This document shows positions 1 to 19,530 of a stretch of DNA of 64,000 nt, piece after piece. Position numbers and translations under genes: made by a program. The notes beneath the pieces are model-generated. The model was not told where the DNA came from, ran no database searches, and worked only from the letters and a program-made list of their open reading frames with translations. The stretch is from contig OZ024741.1 in assembly GCA_964016885.1 (NCBI GenBank), positions 307,520,001 through 307,584,000 of the forward strand, read 5' to 3'. Within the stretch, counting starts at the first letter, position 1; the number at the start of each line of letters is the position of its first letter. Source of the stretch: Eledone cirrhosa (taxonomy: Eukaryota).

Positions 1-5065
<5,065 letters not shown>

Positions 5066-5351
5066 TCTATCTAGCTATCTATCTATCTATCTATCTATCT
5101 CTATCTCTCCATATATCTATCTACATATCTATATATCACCCCACCTATATATCTCTCTATCCAACTGTCTAACTCTCTCTCTATCTAACTACCTACCCAT
5201 CTATATATTTACCTACCTACCTACCTACCTACCTAACTACCTGCTTACCTACTTATATAATATATATCTGTTTATCTGTCTATGTACGTATTTTCATATT
5301 CATAGCTACCTCTACACACACACAGTCACAGACACACACACACATATATAT

Positions 5352-5446
5352 ATGAAAAGAGTCAGGACTCCGACGGCTACGCTCCGGCCGTTTCGACAGC
5401 TAGATCCGAACTGGTCCACCTGGTATCTTACCACACTTTCTTTGTT
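5352..5446. mobile_element. Fold-back family element (GGACYCCGACGGC..GCCGTTTCGAC arm plus tail) abutting Tx1 copy 3
   Basis: Matches the arm and the CCACACTT-type tail of the copies at 9380-9810, 17522 and 44337. Confidence 0.75.
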
Positions 5447-6773
5447 GTGCAAACTATCCTTGAAAGGTCGAGCGGAGGTGGCGAACACTTTTATAGAGTC
5501 CGCCATCTACTACCGCTTGACCGTCGTGCCTTGTCCAGCCAAAACGCTCGCCAAAATGGAGCGCGCGCTCTTCCGATTCCTTTGGAAGAGGCGGGCTCCT
5601 TTGGTGAGAAGATCCATCTGCTGCCAACACCCTTCTAACGGAGGGCTGGGCATGCCGTGGTTGACGATGCGCAAACACGCGCTCAGGCTGCGGCATCTCT
5701 ACGTATTCCTCACCGGACAACCGGTGTGGGCCCCGTTCGTGAGGCGAGCCTTCCCACGACTCGTCTCGCTGACCGAGCTGCAGTCCTGGGTCAAGCAAAG
5801 ACCGAGGAAAATGGGCGACTGGCACATCGAATGTGCTCAGGCGCTCACAGCTCTCTGGCAGGCGGACCCGGCGATCAGTGGAGACTCCACTTCGTCATTC
5901 TATAGAGGGTTGGTCCGCAGCAAGTGCGACGACGCGCTCAGTGAAACTCTGGGCGTAGAGGAAGATGAACTGGCCAGTCTGTTCGGTAGGACCTTCCGCC
6001 CGGGACCTATGGACAACTTCCAAATGTCCCTGGCCTGGCAGTGCTACCGAGGAGCTCTACCAGTTCGAGACAAGCTCTACAGACATGGGCGCCCGGGCAG
6101 GGACCCTGCAAAAAAGATCTGTCCGAGGTGCGTGCGAGACGAAGAAACCGTCGCGCACGCATTTATACACTGCCCGGGCGTCACTGACCTGTGGGGCTAT
6201 GTAGAACGACTATTGTCGCGGGTGGGACCAATCCAGTTGACCACTGATTCCATTGTCATGATCAAACCGCCACCCTCCTTCAAAAACGAAGGAGAGGCGG
6301 TTTTCCTTTGTGTGATAGCTATGGCGAAAGAGGTTGTATGGTGGACAAGGTTGAAAGGGCTGAGGTCAGACACCTTTCTCTCCGGCCAACAACTGATTCT
6401 TTTTTTCAAATACCACTTTGGAAGAAGAATCAGGATGGAGAGAGAGGTGCTGTACCCCAGCAAGTTTTATGAAAGGTGGGTGAAAGTGGCGAGAATGGCC
6501 CGAGTGAATGGGCCTTCTCTCTATATCAGCCTGTAGGTTGAGGAAAAGGAGGAGGAGAGGAAAGGAGTACAAGCTCTTCGTACTCCTGGAGATGAGGGTT
6601 GCACATTTTTTTCGGGGGTCTGTGTTACCCATATAAACTGTCTCCCTCTATTGGGGAAAATCGACTAACTTTTAAATTCCATCTGTGATAACATTTTACA
6701 CGTTTTTATTGTATGTAAACTTCCCCCTTTGTATTTGTCCCCTTCTTTTGTGCCCCTGTGGCTAATAAAGAAA
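5447..6773 (+). mobile_element. Tx1-clade LINE (subfamily C), 5'-truncated
   Basis: CKLSLKGRAEVANTF...CPRC..H..C...RWVKVARMARVNGPSL*. Ends AATAAAGAAA followed by TA(TCTA)n. Confidence 0.9.
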
Positions 6774-6775
6774 TA

Positions 6776-6808
<33 letters not shown>

Positions 6809-7217
6809 GTCTGTCTGTCTGTCTGTCTGTATGTATCTATGTATCTAACTGTCTAGCTATCTGTCTGTCAGTCTGTATGTATGTATGCGTGTGTGTGTAT
6901 GTATGTACGTGTGCCTGTGTGTATGTATGTATGTTTGTCTGCATGTATGTATGTATGTATGTATGTATGTATGTATGTATGTATGTATGTATGTATGTAT
7001 GTATGTATGATTAATTGTGTGTTTGTGTTTGTTGAGGCGGGCTGTTTATTTGGGATTATCTTCGTATTTCCCTATGTACAAGTACGAAACAACTGCAGAC
7101 TAGGATTTGGTATGCTTTATTTAGTACTTATTTCCCCTTTGCTTGTTTCCGCAGTCAACGTTCCATTAAAGACGAGGTATTGTGGGACCCTCAACCCACA
7201 AATGTGTTTACCCCAAG

Positions 7218-7254
<37 letters not shown>

Positions 7255-7326
7255 GTTTATATACACACACACATATAAATAATATATATTTATATAGTAT
7301 TTAAATAAACGAGGTAACGTTTAAGG

Positions 7327-7486
7327 CAGCGGTTCCCAAAGTGGGTCCTGCGGAACCCAAGGGTTCCGCAAACAAGTGTCTAGGGTTCCGTGAAAAAATG
7401 GTAGAGGGGTATATTTATAATACGACTATATAAAAGTTTCCGAACCAAAAAGGGTTCCGCGTTTGAAAAAGTTTGGGAAACCCTTG
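7327..7486. mobile_element. hAT (Charlie-like) MITE, 160 bp
   Basis: Imperfect TIRs CAGCGGTTCCCAAA / TTTGGGAAACCCTTG, a perfect 8-bp TSD GTTTAAGG at 7319-7326 and 7487-7494, and internal GGGTTCCG repeats. Confidence 0.85.
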
Positions 7487-7741
7487 GTTTAAGGTAATCC
7501 AAGTAGAGGTTATGAGTACAGTGGATGATTCTAACGTTCGGCGTTGTTTGACTGAACAAGATGTTTATTTAGTTGTGGTGCTCGGGTGGCCGACTCCAGA
7601 CAGTTGCAATGTAAGCTGTTCCTGGAGTATTAATAACGAAGGAGTGAAGAATAACAAAGGTGTGTCCGTGTTATTCTTCACTCCTCTCTCTCTCCCTCTC
7701 CCCCTCTCTCTCTCTCTCTCTCTCTCCCTCTCCCCCTCTCC

Positions 7742-7772
<31 letters not shown>

Positions 7773-7776
7773 CTTC

Positions 7777-7819
<43 letters not shown>

Positions 7820-7842
7820 ATATATATATATATATATGTATA

Positions 7843-7903
7843 TAGGAAAATGTGCAAGACCCCGACGGTAGAGCTCAAGCCGTTTCGACGGCTATTTCTG
7901 GAC
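7843..7903. mobile_element. Fold-back family, single arm in (TA)n
   Basis: GACCCCGACGGTAGAGCTCAAGCCGTTTCGACGGCTATTTCTGGAC. Confidence 0.8.
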
Positions 7904-7949
7904 GATGTGTATATATATATATATATAAATATATATATAGCTGGATGAG

Positions 7950-8333
7950 ATGTGATCAATTAGGAGTCTAGATATCTGCCTCCCCCAGAACATTTTCTAA
8001 TTCTAAATGGTGGTGAACATTGAGAGGATGACGCGTATGAATAGGCTTGTTATGACCAGGTTGATTTGGAGTGGAGAGGGGTGCCTTCATCGAGTGCTCT
8101 TGGAGCGTCGGGTTAAACAGGATTGAAGGGGTTCCTGATTTGCCCCTGGGTGCTCCTCCATCTTATTGGGGAATTTTCATTGTTGTAATACTTTAACTTG
8201 ATTTTAATCGATGTTATTGTAAACCCCTCGTCTGTATATAAATTTGTTTGTCAAGCCCCACATGTGTGATAACCCGTATGTTTATAACGTGTGTTACATT
8301 ATAATATGCAAGCGCTTGTAACTAATAAAGAAA
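7950..8333 (+). mobile_element. Old, degenerate Tx1-related 3' end
   Basis: VNIERMTRMNR resembles VNVAKMARVIG; TATTGGGGAA motif; terminus CTAATAAAGAAA as in the other Tx1 copies. Confidence 0.5.
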
Positions 8334-8340
8334 TCATTAT

Positions 8341-8475
8341 TGGTGGATTGGCAGAATCGGCAGAGCATCATACACCCGTCGAGGTTAAATTTCATCATTA
8401 TGGTGTCGATAAAATAAAGTACCAGTAATGCACTGGATATTTGCTGGCCTTGTGCCAAAAGTAGAAACAATTATT
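8341..8475 (+). mobile_element. tRNA-derived SINE family 1, internally deleted copy
   Basis: GGTGGATTGGCAG..GTCGATAAAATAAAGTACCAGTAATGCACTGG..GCTGGCCTTGTGCCAAAAGTAGAAACAATTATT. Confidence 0.8.
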
Positions 8476-9311
8476 ATTAATATTGTTATTGAAGAAACAG
8501 ACATGCGGGATGAATTAATATTAAAGACAATAACAAAAGGGATAGGGCAAAATAGATGTGATGAATGAGACCATATTAAGATTACATTTAGCTGAGCTTA
8601 TAGGAAATAAATTAAAGTCTAATATTTTTTTAAGACAATGAAACAGGTGTTAACATCTGTGGACAGTGACATTTGCTAAACTATTAACTGTCTCATCACA
8701 TATACTTTATTCCCCTTAGGTCACCTGGGCAAACACCTATCAGCTCTTCTGGCATCTTGAGATAGGCTTCACACACACCTATCAGCATTGAAATAAATTT
8801 TGATTACACATCTCCCTCTCCTCATTTCGAAACCATTTAGCTATTACTAACGATATCATTATTCGTCGTGCGTATACGTATGCGTATATATGTATCTACG
8901 TACATTTGTTTCATTTCAAAATATATTCGTAAGCGCACGTAAGACATAGCAAAGTATCCAGTCCTCGATAGCTGTTCCATTTACCGAATTATTATTATTT
9001 TTATATGAGTCCCCAGTGTCCGCGCATTGCCTGGAGACTTGGCTGAGAATAGACCTCCCTGATGACGCAATGAAATTCTCAACAGTTCATTACGTAACTG
9101 TCTTTATCCCATTGCAGAAACTAATTAGTTGGAGTGAAAATTTAAGTAAGTTAATTTAAAAAAAATTTTTTTTTTAAATTTTCTTATTTTACGTCTTTTA
9201 TATTATTGTTCTGCATCCTCCTGCATTGAACCACCTAGGTACTATGACATAACCTGTGTATTTGCTGGCATTAGCGTACATCTGTGCGCTTATGTTAGTA
9301 GATATATTAAA

Positions 9312-9379
<68 letters not shown>

Positions 9380-9382
<3 letters not shown>

Positions 9383-9590
9383 GAAGTAAGTGTGGTAAGG
9401 AGCCAGGTGGACTATAACGCACCAGAGTACTCGTTACTTTGGGTAGGTAGTAGAGAGGGTAATAAGAAAAGGTTCAGGACCCCGACGGCAGAGCTCAAGC
9501 CGTTTCGACGGCTATTTCTGAACTCAGAGTCCAGAAATAGCCGTCGTAACGGCTTGAGCTCTGCCGTCGGGGTCCTGAACCTTTTCCTAT
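9380..9590. mobile_element. Fold-back element in (TA)n (tail + arm + inverted arm); probable non-autonomous PLE derivative
   Basis: About 55-bp inverted arms around 9520-9530, flanked by (TA)n. Confidence 0.8.
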
Positions 9591-9611
9591 TATATATATA
9601 TATACCATATA

Positions 9612-9810
9612 GGGTGTGGTAAAAACCAGATAGACCATAACCTACCAGACCAGAGTACTCGATACTTGGGGTAGTAGAGTGGGTAATATGAAAATATTCA
9701 GGACCCTGGCGGCTGAGCTCCGGCCGTTTCGAAAGCTAGATCCGAACAGTACGGATCTAGCTGTCGAAACGGCCGGAGCTCAGCCGTCGGGGTCCTGAAT
9801 ATTTTCATAT
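9612..9810. mobile_element. Fold-back element, second subfamily (GCTAGATCCG)
   Basis: Inverted arms ATATTCAGGACCC..GCTAGATCCG / CGGATCTAGC..GGGTCCTGAATAT. Confidence 0.8.
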
Positions 9811-9849
9811 ATATACACACACACATATATACATATATATCCATACACA

Positions 9850-9918
<69 letters not shown>

Positions 9919-10469
9919 GCGCACTCACACACACACACGCGCGCGCGCGCACACACACACACACACGCACACACGTATGTATGTGTGTGTATAGAGCTAC
10001 ACACCGTTGGTTGGACTTTACTGGACGAGGTATCTGAGCAGGTATAACACCAGGAAGAAGAAAATCTTGATGTAATTAAGAAGACATATTCAGAAAAAAA
10101 ATGTAAATCGTTTTTTGAAATGTCAAATATTTCAGTTGTTGGGACATTTAAAAATCGCAACATCTGCTGAAGTTAAGCTCAACAACTACTCGCCCACCAA
10201 CTATACGTATCTTACATACATACATACATGCATACATACATACGTACATATGTACATATGTACATATGTACATACATACAAACGCATCCCCCACCCCCAT
10301 ATATATATATATATAAATATTGCCAAGAGTTTCCGAAAAATAAATCATGAAGAAGGAGCCAATGCATATTTGCCTGAACATTCATCTGTGTTGAAAACTT
10401 ATGTGTATGTATGTATGTATGTATGTATGTATGTATGTATGTATGTATGTATGTATGTATGTATGTATG

Positions 10470-11064
10470 TGCTACTGGTAACATGTATCCCAGTACAACC
10501 TGGCCAGTACATGGTCGGGTCGTTGGCTACTAAACTGGCAACCCCACCAAGAAACCTTGGTGAGGAGGGTGACTTTGGACATCCTGCAGGACTAAAAACA
10601 AAACCTGTCAAAGGGCAAAGGAGCTCTTAAGAGTCAATGGCCATCCAAAATCACCGGGAGAGATGACCCCTTAGCCTTTGTCAAGGCAGAATTCTAGGAG
10701 AAGGAAAACTCTGATATAACACCTGCAACATTGATGGTATCCAATGATGTTGACTTGTTCTTCTTTTTGGTAAATATCATCTTGGTTAAGAGAGTGGGAC
10801 TGGCTTTGTGCAGTGCCTTTGCTCACTATAAAAGCTTCACGGCACAGGCATTGCTTTATATCTGGAGATCTCTCTGCACTTGTCGTCACATGGTACCATG
10901 GGCCCAGCACTATGTGTCAATAATTGTCACAAGTGTAGTGTTTGTACCAGAGTTTTCAAGTCGCTGCCTGGACTAAAAAGTCACACTCGTTCAGCGCATC
11001 GGTAGGGGTTCTCCTACATGGATATAAAGTAGTGGCCGTACTCGAAAACGAGTTGGCAGCCACC
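10470..11064 (+). mobile_element. Non-autonomous RTE-derived element (5'UTR-like part fused to the 3' end) in (ATGT)n
   Basis: Near-identical copy at 55448-56054. Contains GGCAACCCCA and GGAGAAGGAAAACTCTGA, motifs I associate with RTE 5'UTRs. The 3' part encodes the C2H2 finger CSVCTRVFKSLPGLKSHTRSAH*. Confidence 0.7.
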
Positions 11065-11079
11065 ATATATGTATGTATG

Positions 11080-11700
11080 TTCTTCTGGTTTTATAATTTC
11101 ACAAAGTTTTGCCAATAGAGAGAGAGTAGGTTTCTAACATAGACACAAGACTCTCTCATTGGAATTTACACAACATCAACTAGGTAGATTATGTATGCAT
11201 GCATGTGTAGATATGGATGTTATTGTATGCGTTAATGTGTATGTTTTGAGTTGTATGTGTGCATGTGTATATGCTTTGTATCTGTACATGTGTATATGCA
11301 GTTATTAGATGCAACATTTTTGGAATGCTTTACATATTTTTACTGTTCCATTAATGGATTGTACTTGTAATTTCCTAACTAGTCGTGTTCTTTCTGTTCC
11401 TGTGAAGCCCAGCTTCTCAAGATTTGTATTGAGGCAGATACTAACATACCCCAGTGCCCTAATAATCACAGGCATAAATCTGAAGGTAAAATCAGGGTGG
11501 AGTATCTGCAGATTTCTCATCAGTTCTGCATAAATATTCTCCTTTTCGCTAATCTTTGATATTATATTGGCATCTGCTGGACAGCTAACTTCCACTACTG
11601 TGCATGCCTTTTCCCTGTCCCATATCATAATATCTGGTCTGTTATGCCTGCATTTTATTGGGGATTTTACTGGAACATTCCACCAGTACTCTTTCATATT
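11080..11700 (-). mobile_element. R4/Dong-like RLE non-LTR retrotransposon 3' fragment (subfamily 2)
   Basis: ORF 11305-11697 contains HNRPDIMIWD..VVEVSCP..EKENIY (PD-(D/E)xK-type). The 3' end ..AAAACCAGAAGAA runs into (CATA)n. Confidence 0.8.
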
Positions 11701-11732
11701 ATGTATATGTATGTCTTATGTATGTATGTATT

Positions 11733-11974
<242 letters not shown>

Positions 11975-12785
11975 CACTACTTTTCAATGCTTTGTGCAAC
12001 ACGGCAGTGAAAAATGTGCCTCTCACTAACTTGCTTAATGTTAAATGAAATCAATTTCAGAATCAGGGCATGTTATTTCAGATTTAGTAGTGAGGGGAGG
12101 GCAATGATCAAACAATGCAAATAAGGTCATCAACAACATTAATACTCAACTAATAAAAAAAATATTTGAAATATTGATATGCCCAGACAACTTTGGTTCA
12201 ACGATTAAAAAAATGTTGCAAACAGGCGTATACATTAGTAGGTATGCGGAGTTCCCCGTAGCAAGTTGTTGTCATTGTTACTTCGTTAGCATCCGCGGGC
12301 TCCGTAAACTAGGTAGAAGGCAGCTCGTGTACAAGTACTGTGTCTCCAAATAAAATACAACTGCACGGGATAGACGTGGGCTCCGTAAGCCATGGAGAGT
12401 GCAATCCGCCAAGAAAGCAGTCACTGTGAATAAAAACTGATACAGGGTAGATACAGGGTAGAGTGGAATATTTCGTACAGTATGACAACTTCTCTAGTGC
12501 TTGTGGCACGAATAATGCACCCAGTTCTCGCTGTAAAATGGTTGGAGATAAGAAGAGCAGCCAGCCAGTAAAATCTTGCCAAAACTATGCAAAGTGCAAC
12601 ACATAAATCACTACTAGTTGCGTATACAGGATTAACGCTAGTCATATCAATGTTGCATACCGTAGTTGGGTGGCTAACTCAGCCATGTGAAAGAACCCAA
12701 CAACCACCATCAAGCAATCACACCCATATTCCCTTCCAGATAGAAAGAACTACAAAAGACCTGATTTTTTGACAGGATGTTGGGA

Positions 12786-12912
<127 letters not shown>

Positions 12913-12999
12913 TTGATGTACATACACTCATATATCTGTATCCATACATATATATATATATATACATAATTTTTATGAGGTCTGCTTGCTTTATAATAC

Positions 13000-13110
<111 letters not shown>

Positions 13111-13528
13111 TTTGTTTGTTTGTTTGTTTGTTTGTTTGTTTGTTTGTGCCGGTGCATGTATCCGTGAAGATTTAAGTTCAATTTAATGAGATATGTCTAC
13201 ATGTTTAAATGCGATCTCTTGCTATGAAAATCATGATGTGTAAATTCTTAGAACGTTTTCCCTGCACACAGAAAAACCCAAGAGATTATCTTGGTATTTT
13301 GTTCTTCTCCTCAACAGACGATATCTCTCTCTATGATTCCGGTAACACAGAAATATTTTAATAACATTGCAATACATGGCAAGCAGGCTGTGGAGTATAT
13401 CTGAAATAAAATCATATATTTGCATATACATATATAAATACATGGATAAATACATTTATTGATATGTACATACATACATACATACATACATACATACAGA
13501 CATACATACATATAGTTATGTATACATT

Positions 13529-13690
13529 TGTAGTGAGCTACATTCCGAGGGCTCATGGATACATTCTCCGTGCGTTGTTTGGCTCAATTCAGCCAATCGC
13601 TACCAGCGTAGGAAAATGTATCTCTACTTCCGCCCAGAGGGGGGATTCCCGCGGCGATTCGAAACTCTCTCTTTCTCTTGCAGCTCGACA
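13529..13690 (+). mobile_element. LTR 5' fragment, inverted copy of 14054-14213
   Basis: Begins TGTAGTGA; ~160-bp inverted repeat with 14054-14213. Confidence 0.6.
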
Positions 13691-13714
13691 TTGCTTTTAC
13701 CATCTTCAAAGGCT

Positions 13715-13741
13715 CGTGTTCGAATCACGTCGGGGTCACCA
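13715..13741 (-). other. Primer-binding site complementary to the tRNA-Trp 3' end, including CCA
   Basis: The minus strand reads TGGTGACCCCGACGTGATTCGAACACG, the complement of the eukaryotic tRNA-Trp 3' end CGTGTTCGAATCACGTCGGGGTCA-CCA. Confidence 0.8.
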
Positions 13742-14213
13742 ATTTAAAAGAGGTTTATTTAGTAGATGTTTGTGTATTGTATCACAGAAGTCACCATTGA
13801 AGATATTAAAAGCAATGTTGAGGAAAATAGCATCTTACGACTTTATAATTGTTTATATATAATTTATTTACAGATTACAAAGGTTAGAAGAATGTCTCTT
13901 GAGAGGATAGTTAATGTTATCAATTAAAAGGTTATAAAGGTTTAAATGGGTACGGTCAACTGGCTGAGGCGTTAGCCAGTCCCGTAGTGATATTTGTTGC
14001 TACATATTGTCTATGCTTAAAGGAACAAAAGCAAGAGATGTTTACCTTCACGGTGTCGAGCTGCAAGAGAGAGAGAGTTTCGAATCGCCATGGGAATCCT
14101 CCCTCTGGGCAGAAGTCGAGATACATTTTCCTACGCTGGTAGCGATTGGCTGAACTGAGCCAAACAAGGCACGGAGAATGTATCCATGAGCCCTCGGAAT
14201 GTTGGTCACTACA
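13742..14213 (-). mobile_element. LTR (~470 bp) of a Gypsy-like element, followed by the tRNA-Trp PBS
   Basis: The minus strand starts TGTAGTGA, has AATAAA near its end and is immediately followed by the PBS. Confidence 0.65.
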
Positions 14214-14232
14214 CATTCCTTCGAGAGTGCAC

Positions 14233-14319
14233 ACGCCTGATGAGTTATCGATTCCAGAGTCGCGAGCGATCACCACCGAGCGTACCATGAGCTGATCGAT
14301 CGCGAAACGCACGTCACGT
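14233..14319 (+). ncRNA. Type I hammerhead-like motif (long stem II, imperfect stem I)
   Basis: acgc CTGATGA G..ATCGAT..ATCGAT..C GAAAC GCAC GTC acgt. Confidence 0.5.
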
Positions 14320-14489
14320 TTCAGTGGCCATAATTATGTTACGTAGTTCATACCCCTTATTATTAATATATGTTATCAACACTTTGCTTCTTAAAGATAC
14401 CAACTATGGTGAAATACAAAACGTAAAATACCACATCGGCAGCCGAACCTATATTAGTATTGATGAACTAATAGTAACTAACTGGTGAA

Positions 14490-15440
14490 CTAAAGTGGTT
14501 ACACAACAGTTAGGTCACCATACCGAGAACAATTGTTTCACCTTAGCGGATGCTTAGCTCGTAATGGACATGGTTATATGGAACAGGAAGGACAACCGTA
14601 CGAACGCGCATGCGCAGAAACCGGTCACTTCACACAGGCAATACTAAAATGCGTGCGAGGGGTGTAAGGGAGGTAACTACAAAATTCGTAAAGTTTCTAG
14701 TTGATAAGAAAATTATGATGTTGTTGTAATTCAATCTGGAGCTTTGTAGTTATGCAAGAGGTGTTTCGAGATGTATGGACATCGTGTGAAGAATTCATTT
14801 CTCGTGTTTAGGCAATCACTATTGCATAATCTCTTTATAATATTTATTCGTTCATCAATGCATAGTCCACACGACGGATTTCCCCTTGCGTATGGCTTGG
14901 ACTTAGTGATGGCTTTCCATTGAATGGAGTAGTCTATACTTGAGTCCTTGAGGGACCATACGTGACTCGCGAGTTTCGTGGATGAACGTCTGTCCGGGTA
15001 CCTAAAGGTCGTCTGGTGGTTGAGGAAACGTTCCTTAAATAAGCCCACCGCACTACCCACATAGGATTTTCCCTCCTGTGGTTGATTTGGTCGGTTGGAA
15101 GTGACCACAGCTTCATAAATTATAGCGGGTGTGTTGCATTGCTGTTGAAAGGGACAAGCTTCGGGCTTACGGCAAGGGCACTCTGGTGAGGTGTTGCTCT
15201 TCTGGTGATGTGGGCCTTCATGTTCTTAGCGCAGGAGTATCCTAGTTTTGCTTCGTGTCGGTTAAAGATGGAGCGGTAATTATGAATTATGGGAAAGTGT
15301 CTATCTAAGAGGGCTAGACATTTTTTGCCTACATTGGTGTTAACGTTGAGTGAGAAGGGAAGAGAGAACCAGATAGTTTGTCTATTGTTACGCTTTCTCT
15401 TCTTATTGCTGTTGTTGGTAGTGGGAGAGTAAGTGATAGG
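14490..15440 (-). mobile_element. Penelope-like element 3' part: linker + GIY-YIG endonuclease + pLTR (Hydra-clade-like)
   Basis: IWFSLPFSLNVNTNVGK..RHFP..IFNR; CPCRKPEAC linker; IIYEA..SYVG..FKERFLNH; CGLC, RNE. Degenerate hammerhead at 14524-14561. Confidence 0.85.
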
Positions 15441-15449
15441 TTGCGAGAC

Positions 15450-16375
<926 letters not shown>

Positions 16376-16625
16376 CATACATACACGCACATATATATAT
16401 ATATATATATATATATGGGGGGGGGGGGTGTTGTTTCAAATTGAGATCAGTAAGGACATTATTCAACTACTCTATAGTTGAGAAAAGTAGAGTGTAGCTA
16501 TTATTATAAAGATCCCCTGTCTTACGGTTAGGGTCATACAATTCCGAAACTTCTAAACAGTAGAGGAATACACGTAGGGAAGGGAATCTTCAACACACGC
16601 ACGCACACACACATACACACACGCG

Positions 16626-16661
<36 letters not shown>

Positions 16662-17066
16662 GGCATAGGCATATATGTGTGAGGATAGTGTGAGTCTACG
16701 TATCTGTATTTGTTGTTGGTGTGTGTGTGTGTATACGTATATACATTTGAGGAAATGTAGTTGCATAGGATGGGAAACCCTAGGTCGTGTAGTGTGAACT
16801 TCGTGGGAGTTGAGAGAAAGCAATTAATAATACCAAATAATAAAGTGTATGGGTGGGAACTGAATAGTAAAAATCAAAGTAAAGAAACAACAGTGAACAA
16901 GATCATCACCGACAATAACAATCGCCAGAAGAGAATAGGACAAGAACACAGAAAAGATACAGGATATTTCGAAAAGGTCAGAGGTTTCTAGAACAAGACA
17001 GCTGTTATTTACATATGTAGTTATGTATATGTAAATATATATGCAGTATATACTTATATATGTATG

Positions 17067-17162
<96 letters not shown>

Positions 17163-17175
17163 CATATATATATAC

Positions 17176-17252
<77 letters not shown>

Positions 17253-17403
17253 TATATAATGTAAAAATTTGAACAGGAACAAAACAGAGAGGCAGTACAA
17301 CGAATGTTTATTAATTTCACGCTACATATATATACATATATATATAAATGAAAATATATACATACATATATATATATATGCAGTATATACATACACACAT
17401 ATA

Positions 17404-17769
<366 letters not shown>

Positions 17770-17940
17770 TAAAATATATATATATACATATATATATATT
17801 TTGAAACAGTGACCAGGTTGAAATTAGAAAATATATAGCTTTCACGTACGTCAATACTCATCTTTTTTCATTTATCTGAGGGTTAAATTCCTTTAGTCAT
17901 ATATATATATATATGCAGTATATACATACATACACACATA

Positions 17941-18008
<68 letters not shown>

Positions 18009-18194
18009 ATATATACTCCTGCGATATTCTATTTTATCAGTGACAGCATAATCCTTCTTCAGGAAGAAGACATGTCCTCTATGGTTGTGGTAATGGTAAC
18101 AGGGACTTTATGAAGTCGAAGGACCTATAGATTCCAAGAGCGTATGTATGTATGTATGAATGTATATATGTATGTATGTATGTAAATATGTATG

Positions 18195-18728
18195 TTTCTC
18201 TTTCTCTTAATTTCGAGTACATATTTGACTGGCCACCTTCCTGGTGGCAAAGTTGTAAAAGAAAAGAAATTGTCATCCCTTGAATCGCAATAATGTTTTG
18301 CAAATTTTAAAGGTGCCAGCTATCGCAGCCATTTGTAATCTATAAATTAGGGAGATGCGCTCATTGTCCACAATTCCAAGTTCAGCCATAATTTGGTCCA
18401 AACGGGTTGGTATATAATCTGTAGCTCCAATAATGATGGGTATGAAGCTGAAGGTGTATCTTGGATACTGGATCTGCAAACTTCTCATCAATGGTCCGTA
18501 GATGTCCTCCTGTATTTTTTTTACAATGTTGACATCAAGTTGGCAGCTGATCTTTACAACAGAGCACGTTTTCAATGTTAGACCGGTTGTGCTTTAATTT
18601 GGTGGCAGTTTTTATTTTCGGGTTCCACCAGTATTCTTTAGTGCCATCTATCTCAACATATTCCTCCTCATATGTTTTTAATTTTGTTTTCCTAAGTGCG
18701 CTCAAGATGGTTCTAGCTATCACATCGT
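18195..18728 (-). mobile_element. R4/Dong-like RLE retrotransposon 3' fragment (subfamily 1)
   Basis: KEYWWN..KHNR..CSVVKISC..IPIIIGA. The 3' end ..TTAAGAGAAAGAGAAA runs into (CATA)n. Confidence 0.8.
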
Positions 18729-18735
18729 ATGTATG

Positions 18736-19530
18736 TTATCTCTTTCTCTTAATTTCGAGTATATTTTTGACCGGCCACCTTCCTGGTGGCAAGGTTGTAA
18801 AAGAAAAGAAATTGTCATCCCTTGAATCGCAACAATATTGTGCAAATTTTGAAGGTACCAGCTATCGTAGCCATTTGTAGACTATGAATTAGGGAGCTGC
18901 GCTCTTTGTCTGCAAATCCAAGTTCAGTTATACATTGGTCCAAGCGGGTTGGTATATAACACGTAGCTCCAATAATGATGGGTAAGAAGCTGAAGGTGTA
19001 TCTTGGATACTGGATTTGTAAACTCCTCATCGATGGTCCGTAGATGTCCTCCTTCTCCTGTATTTTTCTGACAACATTTACACAAGTGGGCAGCTGATCT
19101 CCACAACAGAACACGTTTTCAATGTGTGGTCCCAAACAACAATATCAGGCCGGTTGTGCTTTAATTTGATGGCAGTTTTTATTTTCAGGTTCCACCAGTA
19201 TTCCTTAGTGCCATCTGTCTCAATATATTCTTCTTCGTTTGTTGTTAATTTTGTTTTCCGAAGTGCGTTTCAGATGGTTCTAGCTATCCCATCGTGTCTC
19301 ATGGGGAGGTAGTAGCGAGATGACATTCTTTCGCAGCTGGCAACAATGTGGCTTACATCCTCTATCTTTGTTTTACATAGCCTACATTTATTGTCAGCTG
19401 CTGGCCCTCCTCTTTTGTGCAGCAGATATTTGGTAGGGAGTTCTTGTTCCTGTATAGAGATATCCCTCAAGGTGTGATGTCGTAAACTTGTCGGAACTCC
19501 ATGCCAGTCTTTTGGAGTGGTTTATCCCCT
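18736..19530 (-). mobile_element. R4/Dong-like RLE fragment, tandem with the previous copy
   Basis: IQEQEL..CRLC..H..C..RHD and RPDIVVWD. Separated from the neighbouring copy by ATGTATG; the 5' side is (ATGT)n. Confidence 0.82.

Noticed and set aside
5352-6536. 394-aa ORF as a gene
   Set aside because: Chance in-frame fusion of a fold-back repeat (first ~32 codons) to a truncated Tx1 ORF2.
9044-9080. CTGATGA..GAAA as a type III hammerhead
   Set aside because: Stem III can pair (GAGAA/TTCTC) but stems I and II do not form.
9380-9810. Palindromic repeats as CRISPR or REP elements
   Set aside because: Dispersed, no repeat-spacer periodicity, no cas genes, eukaryotic context.
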